Source of the DNA: Mycolicibacterium smegmatis
Lineage (GTDB): Bacteria; Actinomycetota; Actinomycetes; Mycobacteriales; Mycobacteriaceae
NCBI RefSeq assembly: GCF_001457595.1
Contig: NZ_LN831039.1
Coordinates: 1,770,001-1,802,000 of the forward strand
Direction of reading: 5' to 3'
DNA: 32,000 nucleotides
Both the position numbers and the translations under genes were made by a program. The notes beneath the pieces were generated by a model that had not been told where the DNA came from, searched no databases, and worked only from the letters and a program-made list of their open reading frames with translations. This document shows positions 16,897 through 24,368 of this stretch, piece by piece; the first letter of the stretch is position 1; every line of letters begins with the position of its first letter.

Positions 16897-17784
16897 ATGA
16901 AGCTGGTCGTTGGATACCTCGCCACCCCGGGTGGCGCGGACGCGTTGGCTCTCGGAATCCGATTCGCGAGAACGCTCGGCGCCGAGCTCGAGATCTGCAT
17001 CGTGCTGCCGCCGGATACCAGGGCGCCCGGCATGCCCAAAGGCGGCTACGAAGAGGTGCTCGCCGGGCAGGCGCAGGAATGGCTCGACGACGCGCTCAAG
17101 CGGGTGCCTGATGACGTTGTGGCACACGGTCATGTCACGTTCGCCGAATCCTTCACCGACGGCCTGATCGGACTGGCGCAGAAGCACGATGCGGTGGCGA
17201 TCGTCGTCGGCGGGTCCGGCGGTGGCCTGGTGGGCTCCTTCTCGCTGGGCTCGGTGGTCAGCGAGTTGCTGCACTCGTCGCCGCTGCCCGTCGCGGTGGC
17301 GCCGCGGGGCACCCGCGAGTCGGCGATCAAGAAGGTCCGCGAGGTCACGTGCGCCATCGGCCAGCGACAGGGCGCCGACCGCCTGCTCGCGACGGCGGTG
17401 GCGGCCAGCAAGGCCGCGGGCACCCCGCTGCGGCTTGTGTCGCTGGTCGCGCTCGACCCGGCGTTCGGGCACCTGCGCTCCGACGACGACGCCGTGCGAC
17501 GGCGCGCGCACGAACACGCGCAGAAGACCCTAGATGCCGCGAAAGCCGAACTGCCCGAGGGATTTCCGGTGACCTCGACGATCGTGAGCGGAACGTCGGT
17601 GGAGAACGCCGTGAGCCAGCTCGATTGGCACGACGGGGACGTCATCATGGTTGGGTCCAGCCGGCTGAGCGCACCCAAGCGGATCTTCTTGGGCAACACC
17701 GCGGCGAAGATGCTTCGGGTGCTGGACGTTCCGATGGTGGTGGTGCCGCGCGATGACCTGGAAGACGGTGAGGACCGGTCATGA
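16897..17784 (+). CDS. Tandem-domain universal stress protein
   Basis: 295 aa with two Usp domains: ...VVGGSGGGLVGSFSLGSVVSELLHSSPLPVAVAP and ...VIMVGSSRLSAPKRIFLGNTAAKMLRVLDVPMVVVP. Confidence 0.9.
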   Translation: MKLVVGYLATPGGADALALGIRFARTLGAELEICIVLPPDTRAPGMPKGGYEEVLAGQAQEWLDDALKRVPDDVVAHGHVTFAESFTDGLIGLAQKHDAVAIVVGGSGGGLVGSFSLGSVVSELLHSSPLPVAVAPRGTRESAIKKVREVTCAIGQRQGADRLLATAVAASKAAGTPLRLVSLVALDPAFGHLRSDDDAVRRRAHEHAQKTLDAAKAELPEGFPVTSTIVSGTSVENAVSQLDWHDGDVIMVGSSRLSAPKRIFLGNTAAKMLRVLDVPMVVVPRDDLEDGEDRS

Positions 17785-19349
17785 CCCGGTCCGATCCGCA
17801 GTCAGACCCGGAGTCCGACCCCCACCACGCACTCGAAATCGTCGAGCAGTCCGCGGGCCTGCGGGGCAAGGGACTGGCCGCGGGCAAGGTCGGGACGTTC
17901 TCCGGTGCCATCCTGGGAATTTCCTCCGTCGCACCGGGATACACCCTCACCGCGAGCATCGGCCTGATCGTCGCTGCTGTCGGACTCAAGATGCCCGCGA
18001 TCTTCATCGCCGGGTTCATCCCGATGTTCCTCACGGCATACGCCTACCGCGAACTCAACTCCCGCGCACCCGACTGCGGCGCGTCGTTCACGTGGTCCAC
18101 CAAGGCGTTCGGACCGTACGTCGGGTGGATGTGCGGCTGGGGCATGGTGATCGCCACCATCATCGTGCTGTCCAACCTGGCCGCCATCGCCGTCGAGTTC
18201 TTCTACCTGTTCGTCGCGCGGATCCTCAACACCCCGGAGATCGCCGATCTCGCCGACAACAAGCTGGTCAACATCCTCACCACGCTGGTGTTCATCGCCC
18301 TGGCGACGTGGGTCTCCAGCCGCGGAATCACCACCAGCGAGCACGTGCAGTACGTGCTGGTGGGATTCCAGATGACGGTGCTGCTGGCATTCGCGATCAC
18401 CGCGGTCATCCATGTGGGGGCGGGCAACGCGCCGGAGGGCCTGGCCTTCGACCTCGACTGGTTCAACCCGTTCACCAACCTGGCGTTCGGCGCGTTCGTC
18501 ATCGGCGTCACCGGTTCGATCTTCGCGTTCTGGGGCTGGGACACGTGCCTGACCCTCGGGGAGGAATCGAAGGACCCCACCAAGGTGCCCGGGCGCGCCG
18601 GTCTGCTGTGCGTGACCACGATCCTGCTGACCTACCTGCTGGTCGCGGTCGCGGTGATGATGTACGCCGGGGTCGGCGAGACCGGCCTGGGGCTGGGTAA
18701 TCCGGAGAACTCCGAGAACGTCTTCGGCGCCCTTGCCGACCCGGTGCTGGGTTCGTGGGGCGGGCCGCTGCTGTTCCTGGCCGTGCTCGCCTCCTCGGTC
18801 GCGAGCCTGCAGACGACGTTCCTGCCCGCGGCACGCGCGATGCTCGCGATGGGCGCCTACGGGGCATTCCCGAAGCGGTTCTCCCACGTGCATCCCCGGT
18901 TCCTCGTACCGTCGTTCAGCACGCTGATCGCAGGCATCGTGACGGGCGTGTTCTACACCGTGGTGAGCCTGCTGTCGGAGTACGCGCTGCTGGACACCAT
19001 CGCGGCGCTGGGCATCATGATCTGCTGGTACTACGGCATCACCGCGTTCGCGTGTATCTGGTACTTCCGGCGCGAGCTGTTCACCGATGCGCACAACATC
19101 GTGTTCAAGTTCCTGTTCCCGCTCATCGGCGGCCTGGTGCTGGCCGCGGTGTTCGGGTTCTCGCTCAAGGAGAGCATGGACCCGGAGAACGGCAGCGGCG
19201 CCGAGCTCGGCGGTATCGGCCTGGTGTTCTACATCGGTTTCGGCATCCTGCTGCTGGGTGCGGTGCTGATGCTCGTGATGCGTACGCGCAGCCCCGAGTT
19301 CTTCCGGGGAGAGACGTTGTCCCGCAACACACCTGTGATACCGGGCTGA
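17781..19349 (+). CDS. APC superfamily amino-acid permease
   Basis: 522 aa, ~12 hydrophobic segments, ISSVAPGYTLTASIGLIVAAVG...DCGASFTWSTKAFGPYVGWMCGWG; ATGA overlap with the USP gene. Confidence 0.9.
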   Translation: MTRSDPQSDPESDPHHALEIVEQSAGLRGKGLAAGKVGTFSGAILGISSVAPGYTLTASIGLIVAAVGLKMPAIFIAGFIPMFLTAYAYRELNSRAPDCGASFTWSTKAFGPYVGWMCGWGMVIATIIVLSNLAAIAVEFFYLFVARILNTPEIADLADNKLVNILTTLVFIALATWVSSRGITTSEHVQYVLVGFQMTVLLAFAITAVIHVGAGNAPEGLAFDLDWFNPFTNLAFGAFVIGVTGSIFAFWGWDTCLTLGEESKDPTKVPGRAGLLCVTTILLTYLLVAVAVMMYAGVGETGLGLGNPENSENVFGALADPVLGSWGGPLLFLAVLASSVASLQTTFLPAARAMLAMGAYGAFPKRFSHVHPRFLVPSFSTLIAGIVTGVFYTVVSLLSEYALLDTIAALGIMICWYYGITAFACIWYFRRELFTDAHNIVFKFLFPLIGGLVLAAVFGFSLKESMDPENGSGAELGGIGLVFYIGFGILLLGAVLMLVMRTRSPEFFRGETLSRNTPVIPG

Positions 19350-19350
19350 G

Positions 19351-20226
19351 TCAGGCCGGTTCCGACGATTCCGTCGGTTGGGTTGCGGACGACATCGTCC
19401 AGCTGATCAGCAGGTTCATCGCCTCGCGTGAAGCCGTGCCGGCCTCGGTGGTGTAGGTGAACATCGTCTGGTCGGGATCGCCCGGCATGGTGAAGGTCTC
19501 GTAGTCGACGGTGAGCTCGCCGACCACCGGGTGACGCAGGTGCTTGGACCCGTGCGTGCGCTGGTACACGCGGTGCTGGGCCCACCAGTCGCCGAAATCC
19601 GTGCTGGCCGCGGACAGCTCGTCGACCAGCGCCGTGGTGACCGGGTCACCCGGGTGCGCACCGAGTTCCAGGCGCAGGTTCTCGACGACGGAACGCGCCT
19701 GGACGTCCCAGTCGGCGAACAACTTTCGCGCATCAGGGGAGAGGAACATCCATCGGGCGTAACTGCGTTCACGCGGACGCATGCGGTCGAAGTCGGCGAT
19801 CAGTGCCGCGCCGAGCCGGTTGATCCCCAGCACGTCGCTGTGGCGTCCGAGGATCATCGCGGGTGTGCCGGTGAGGGATTCGAGCAGCTGGTACAGGCCG
19901 GGCCGAACCCGCTGCGCCGCGGTCGGTGGTTTGCGGCCGCGCGGTGGGGCGCCGACGAGATGTTCGAGGTGCGCGCGGCCGGTGTCGTCGAGATCCAGCG
20001 CCCGCGCGATCGCGTCGAGCACACTGCGCGACGGGGTGATGCGCCGTCCCTGCTCAAGCCGCGTGTAGTAGTCCGTCGACACCCCGGCGAGCAGCGCGAC
20101 CTCCTCGCGGCGCAACCCGGGAACCCGTCGCACCCTGCTGTCGGCGGGCAACCCCGCGCGTGCCGGATCGACGGCCGCGCGGGCGCGTTTCAGGAAATCC
20201 GCGAGGTCGCGGTTGGTATCGGACAT
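19351..20226 (-). CDS. XRE-type regulator with MmyB-like C-terminal ligand-binding domain
   Basis: 291 aa: LADFLKRARAAVDPARAG...VPGLRREEVALLAGVSTDYYTRLEQGRRITPSRSVLDAIARAL; listed ORF start 20658 is over-extended. Confidence 0.9.
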   Translation of the reverse strand: MSDTNRDLADFLKRARAAVDPARAGLPADSRVRRVPGLRREEVALLAGVSTDYYTRLEQGRRITPSRSVLDAIARALDLDDTGRAHLEHLVGAPPRGRKPPTAAQRVRPGLYQLLESLTGTPAMILGRHSDVLGINRLGAALIADFDRMRPRERSYARWMFLSPDARKLFADWDVQARSVVENLRLELGAHPGDPVTTALVDELSAASTDFGDWWAQHRVYQRTHGSKHLRHPVVGELTVDYETFTMPGDPDQTMFTYTTEAGTASREAMNLLISWTMSSATQPTESSEPA

Positions 20227-20258
20227 CACCACGAGTGTGGCACCCCGGCGCGCTCGGT

Positions 20259-20281
20259 ACCTGGGTCTTTGAGTCCTAGGT
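20259..20281. promoter_or_regulatory. Imperfect 23-bp inverted repeat between divergent regulator and SDR
   Basis: ACCTgGGtCT-TTG-AGtCCtAGGT; 8 of 10 outer base pairs symmetric. Confidence 0.5.
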
Positions 20282-20389
20282 TGCCGCGGCCTCGGTTGAT
20301 CAGGCCAGGTTATGGGCCACTTTTCGGCCTTACGACGACCGAGACTCGATGTCAGCCGACAGGCACAGACAAGCCGAACAGGAGAAGTC

Positions 20390-21241
20390 ATGTCATATCC
20401 CACCACCCGCCCCGCCACCTGGTTCGTCACCGGCACGTCGAAGGGCCTCGGCCTCGAGCTCGTGCGGCAACTGCTCGCACGCGGCGACAACGTCGCGGCC
20501 ACCACGCGTTCGACCGAGCGGCTGCACGCCGGCTTAGAAGGCGTCGACACCGGATCGCTGCTGCCCATCGAGGTCGACCTCGCCGACCCGTCGGCGGTGC
20601 ACAAGGCCGTCACCGCCACGGTCGAGCGGTTCGGGCACCTCGACGTCGTGGTCAACAACGCCGGTTACGGATTCCTCGCATCGGTCGAGGACACCACCGA
20701 CGCCGACATCCGCCAGATGTTGGACGTCCAGGTCATCGGTACGTGGAATGTGTTGCGCGCGGCCATTCCTCACCTGCGCGCAGCCCGCAGCGGCCACATC
20801 GTCAACGTGTCGTCGATCCTCGGGCTGACCGCGATGCCGGGCTGGGGTCTGTACTGCGCGGGCAAGTTCGCGCTCAACGGGATGAGCGAGGCCCTCGCGG
20901 GCGAGATGGCCGAATTCGGTGTCAACGTCAGCATTGTCGAGCCCGGCTACTTCCGCACGAGCTTTTTGACCACCGACTCCCTGGCGCTGCCCGAGGCCAC
21001 CAGCGACGCCTACCCGGGCATCCACGAGATGACGCAGAACCACCTCGCGCTGCAGGGCAGCCAGCTCGGTGACCCGGTGAAGGGCGCCGAGGCGATCATC
21101 GACATCGCCGTCGCGGGGCAGGGCCCGCTGCATCAGCTGCTCGGATCGGACTCCTACGAGTACGCCCAGGCCAAGGTGGCCGCGCTGAGCGGCGACATCG
21201 AAGCCGGCCGCGAACTGGCGTTCACCACCGACCACCGCTGA
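20390..21241 (+). CDS. SDR family oxidoreductase
   Basis: 283 aa from ATG after AGGAG RBS: WFVTGTSKGLGLELVRQLLARGDNVAATTR...VVNNAGYGF...YCAGKFALNG. Confidence 0.92.
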   Translation: MSYPTTRPATWFVTGTSKGLGLELVRQLLARGDNVAATTRSTERLHAGLEGVDTGSLLPIEVDLADPSAVHKAVTATVERFGHLDVVVNNAGYGFLASVEDTTDADIRQMLDVQVIGTWNVLRAAIPHLRAARSGHIVNVSSILGLTAMPGWGLYCAGKFALNGMSEALAGEMAEFGVNVSIVEPGYFRTSFLTTDSLALPEATSDAYPGIHEMTQNHLALQGSQLGDPVKGAEAIIDIAVAGQGPLHQLLGSDSYEYAQAKVAALSGDIEAGRELAFTTDHR

Positions 21242-21248
21242 CCGCACT

Positions 21249-21296
21249 CGTGACGTGGTGGCGCCGAACCGCTCTCACGGGCGCCACCACGTCACG
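21249..21296. terminator. Strong bidirectional hairpin between convergent genes
   Basis: CGTGACGTGGTGGCGCC (21249..21265), 14-nt loop, GGCGCCACCACGTCACG (21280..21296); 17-bp perfect stem, no T-run. Confidence 0.8.
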
Positions 21297-21304
21297 CACG
21301 GGAC

Positions 21305-22474
21305 TCATCCCGCGGCCGAGCCGATCCCGACCGCCTTGTCCTTGTTGTGCACCAGCTGCAGCGGATCGAGGATGTTCCACACCGTGGCCACGGCGCCGTA
21401 CTTGAGCTCGGCCGCGGGTGTTTCGAGGTTGATCAGGTCGGCGATGATGTCGTAGCCGTAGTACAGGGCCGATCCAGGCGGCGTCGTCTTGATCAGCTCG
21501 GTGATGATGAGCTGGCGGGCATCTCGCGCGGCGTCGTCATCGCCGAGGGCGGGCGCCAGGTTCGGCAGGATCTTGCTGATCGGGATCACCGCGTTGACCC
21601 ACGGCACGATCTGGCTGCCCCGGTAGATCTGCTCGGTCGCCTCACGGACCAGGGGATCGAGGAACTCCGGCGACGCGCCCAGCAGGGCGTCGCGCAGATC
21701 CATGATCGCGTCCGGGAAGTCGGTGGGATCCGGGTCATCAGGCCGCAGCGGGTTGGGGCTCCACGGCGGGTCCGCCGGCGCGTCGGCCTGGGCGCCAACC
21801 TGGGTGTCGGCGGTGGCGCGCGCCGTCGGCGTCGTCTTCTCCAGGGCGCTGTCGCCCTCGGGCTTGGGATTGGGTGCCGCAGCCTCTTTCGGGGTGAAGA
21901 CCTGCTTGAGCCGCGCGATCTGCTCGGCCTCGAAGTCCTTGAGGGCGTCCTTGGCGACCGGCTTGACCGTCCCGGTGACGGGCTTGAGTGAGTCGGTGAC
22001 CGACTTCGACACCGTGGCCGCGGCTTTGTTGATCTGGCTGTTGATCTGACCGCTGACGTGAGCGCCGACCTTCTCGGTGCGCGCGGCGGCCTTCTCGGCA
22101 CGGGCGGCAGCGGTGTCGACGGCCTTCTTGATGTCCTTGCCTGCCTTGTCGGCGGCCTTCTGCACACCCGCGCTGACCTTGGACAGCGTCCTGGGCCGCT
22201 CGGTCTTGCCTGCCGTCTTCGAACCGGTCTTGGTATCGGCCTTGGGCCCCGCGTTGACGCCGGAGGACCCGCGCGAAACGGAACCGGCTGTGCTCGACTC
22301 CTTGCTCGACTCCTTGCTCGACGTCTTGGCCGAACCGCTGTCGGTGTCTGCGTGCGCGGTGCCCTGACCGGCCACGGCGATCGCCGCTCCGACGCCCAGC
22401 GCAACCGCGGCACCACCGACATAACCGGCGTACTTCGTCGAGGCCGCCTTCGTTGCCGCCCTGTGAGAGCCCAT
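21305..22474 (-). CDS. Secreted/cell-wall Ala/Lys/Ser-rich protein of unknown function
   Basis: 389 aa; signal peptide (GYVGGAAVALGVGAAIAVAGQGTAHA), low-complexity SSKESSKESSTAG and KAADKAGKDIKKAVDTAAARAEKAAARTEKV, then a C-terminal globular-looking region; AAAGGA RBS. Confidence 0.8.
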   Translation of the reverse strand: MGSHRAATKAASTKYAGYVGGAAVALGVGAAIAVAGQGTAHADTDSGSAKTSSKESSKESSTAGSVSRGSSGVNAGPKADTKTGSKTAGKTERPRTLSKVSAGVQKAADKAGKDIKKAVDTAAARAEKAAARTEKVGAHVSGQINSQINKAAATVSKSVTDSLKPVTGTVKPVAKDALKDFEAEQIARLKQVFTPKEAAAPNPKPEGDSALEKTTPTARATADTQVGAQADAPADPPWSPNPLRPDDPDPTDFPDAIMDLRDALLGASPEFLDPLVREATEQIYRGSQIVPWVNAVIPISKILPNLAPALGDDDAARDARQLIITELIKTTPPGSALYYGYDIIADLINLETPAAELKYGAVATVWNILDPLQLVHNKDKAVGIGSAAG

Positions 22475-22589
22475 TGCCGTCCTTTCACCACCGATCCCCA
22501 GCCCAGTGGCATCGTAGGGGGCCGGTACGTGATCGGCAGCACGAGGTGATCATGAATGTGCCCTGTGATCACACCCGCACCAGTGGTCC

Positions 22590-23381
22590 CTACACCCCGG
22601 TGCCGCCGTCGACCCGCAGCGTCACCCCGGTGACGTACGACGCGCGGTCACTGAGCAGCCACGCCGCGGCCTCCGCGATCTCGGCGGGCGCGGCCGCGCG
22701 CCCCAGCGGCGCGATGGAGACGAGCCGGTCGATGGTGCCGGGGCTCGCGGCGTCCCACTCGTCGATCATCTCGGTGAGCGTGGTGCCCGGCGCGATGGTG
22801 TTGACGCGGATGCCCTCAGGGCCGTAGGTCACCGCCGCGGATTCGGTGAGGCTGTTGAGGGCGCGCTTCATCGCGCCGTAGGCCGGCAACTCGGGGTTGC
22901 CCTGCAGGCTGCCGATGCTCGACGTGTTCACGATGGCGCCCGTCTTCGAGGTGGCGCGGATCGCGGCGATCTCGGCGGCCAGCGCGAGCCACACGCCCTT
23001 GAAGTTGACGTCGTAGATGCGGTCCAGATCCGCCTCGGGCAGTCCGTCGAGGGGGCCCGGCGGCTGGATCGTCGCACCGTTGTTGAACGCGACATCCAGG
23101 CGTCCCCACACCTCGACGGTGCGGTTCACCGCAGCGCGCACAGTGTCCGGATCGGCCTGGTCGCACACCACGTACTCGGCGGTGCCGCCGTCGGCGCGGA
23201 TCTGTTCGGTGACCTCTTCGAGCTGGGCTTCGGTACGGGCCGCCAGCATCACGGATGCGCCCTCTGCGGCGAACAGCCGTGCGGCCGCGGCGCCGATGCC
23301 GCGTCCGGCGCCCGTGATGAACGCGATCTTGCCTTCGAGCAGGCCCGTCGTGGTCGCGGAAGCGGTGGTGGTTTGTGTCAT
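22590..23381 (-). CDS. SDR family oxidoreductase
   Basis: 263 aa: GKIAFITGAGRGIGAAAARLFAAEGASVMLAAR...FNNGAT...YGAMKRALNSLTESAAVTYGPEGIRVNTIAPG. Listed ORF start 24380 is over-extended. Confidence 0.92.
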   Translation of the reverse strand: MTQTTTASATTTGLLEGKIAFITGAGRGIGAAAARLFAAEGASVMLAARTEAQLEEVTEQIRADGGTAEYVVCDQADPDTVRAAVNRTVEVWGRLDVAFNNGATIQPPGPLDGLPEADLDRIYDVNFKGVWLALAAEIAAIRATSKTGAIVNTSSIGSLQGNPELPAYGAMKRALNSLTESAAVTYGPEGIRVNTIAPGTTLTEMIDEWDAASPGTIDRLVSIAPLGRAAAPAEIAEAAAWLLSDRASYVTGVTLRVDGGTGV

Positions 23382-23414
23382 GACCCGAGCCTGCGGGCGG
23401 TGGCCGGACGTATC

Positions 23415-23433
23415 CAGGTACCCGCTGTACCTG
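23415..23433. promoter_or_regulatory. Perfect inverted repeat CAGGTAC-CCGCT-GTACCTG between divergent SDR and regulator genes
   Basis: 7-bp perfect arms, 5-bp spacer, 34 bp upstream of the SDR start and 44 bp upstream of the regulator start. Confidence 0.7.
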
Positions 23434-23477
23434 TCTGGGCACCCGCGGCGCCGGCCGGACGCACGCAGAATGGTGAC

Positions 23478-24332
23478 GTGGACAAGCGAGAACTCGGCGC
23501 GTTCCTGCGGAGCCGCCGGGAACGCATCAGCCCTGCCGAGGTGGGGCTGCCGGTCGGTACGCGCAGACGCACCCCCGGACTGAGGCGCGACGAGGTCGCG
23601 CACCTGGCGTTCATCTCGACCGAGTACTACACGCGCCTGGAGCAGGCCCGCGCGCCGCACCCGTCCCGCGAAGTGCTCGAGGGGCTGTCCCGCGCGCTGC
23701 GGTTGCCCGATGCCGAGCGGGCCCACCTGTACCAACTGGCCGGTGTCGTGCCGCAACGGCCCGTGGGGCCGCCGCGGGTGGTCCGTCAGAGCATCCTCGA
23801 CCTGCTGCAACGGTTGTCGCATGCGGCCGCGATCGTGGTCTCTGCGACCAACGAGGTGCTGGCCTGGAACGATCTGGCGTGCGCGTTGATGGAGGACTTC
23901 TCGGCGCTGAGCCGCCGCGACCGCAACCTGATCCGGCGGGCGTTCCTCGGGCCCGACGGGCCGGGCGGGCGGCGGCTGTACGGGGTCTCCGACGTCGAGG
24001 AGTTCGCCCGGACCAGCGCCAAGCATCTGCGGGCCGCGGTGGCCAGGTACCCCGACGACCCGGAGACCCAGGAACTCGTCGACGAACTGCTCGCGGGCAG
24101 CGAGGAATTCGTGCGGCTGTGGGAATCGCACGACATCGTCGACCGCCCGGTGCTGTGCAAGACGTTCGTGCACCCGGCCGTCGGTCCGGTGTCGGTCAAC
24201 TGCGATGCGCTCGACATCGCCGACCGGGATCAGTGCCTGGTGATCTACACCGCCGAACCCGGGTCGCCGTCGGAGGAGGCCATGCGGTTGCTCGCGGTGC
24301 TGGGCACCCAGCAGATGGACGTCCCGGGCTGA
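23478..24332 (+). CDS. XRE-type regulator with MmyB-like C-terminal domain
   Basis: 284 aa from GTG: ELGAFLRSRRERISPAEVGLP...TPGLRRDEVAHLAFISTEYYTRLEQARAPHPSREVLEGLSRALRL. Confidence 0.9.
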   Translation: MDKRELGAFLRSRRERISPAEVGLPVGTRRRTPGLRRDEVAHLAFISTEYYTRLEQARAPHPSREVLEGLSRALRLPDAERAHLYQLAGVVPQRPVGPPRVVRQSILDLLQRLSHAAAIVVSATNEVLAWNDLACALMEDFSALSRRDRNLIRRAFLGPDGPGGRRLYGVSDVEEFARTSAKHLRAAVARYPDDPETQELVDELLAGSEEFVRLWESHDIVDRPVLCKTFVHPAVGPVSVNCDALDIADRDQCLVIYTAEPGSPSEEAMRLLAVLGTQQMDVPG

Positions 24333-24340
24333 CTGGTCTT

Positions 24341-24356
24341 TCGAACACGTGTTCGA
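24341..24356. promoter_or_regulatory. Perfect LexA (SOS) box upstream of dnaE2
   Basis: TCGAACACGTGTTCGA, a perfect 16-bp palindrome matching TCGAAC-N4-GTTCGA. Confidence 0.95.
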
Positions 24357-24362
24357 TAGACT
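24357..24362 (+). promoter_or_regulatory. Candidate -10 TAGACT for leaderless dnaE2 transcript
   Basis: TAGACT directly abuts the LexA box; 6 nt (ggcggg) then GTG 24369. Confidence 0.6.
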
Positions 24363-24368
24363 GGCGGG

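Noticed and set aside
22500-22575. Repeated GTGATC/TGATCA words between the secreted protein and SDR genes
   Set aside because: Short palindromic hexamers with irregular spacing; not distinguishable from chance.
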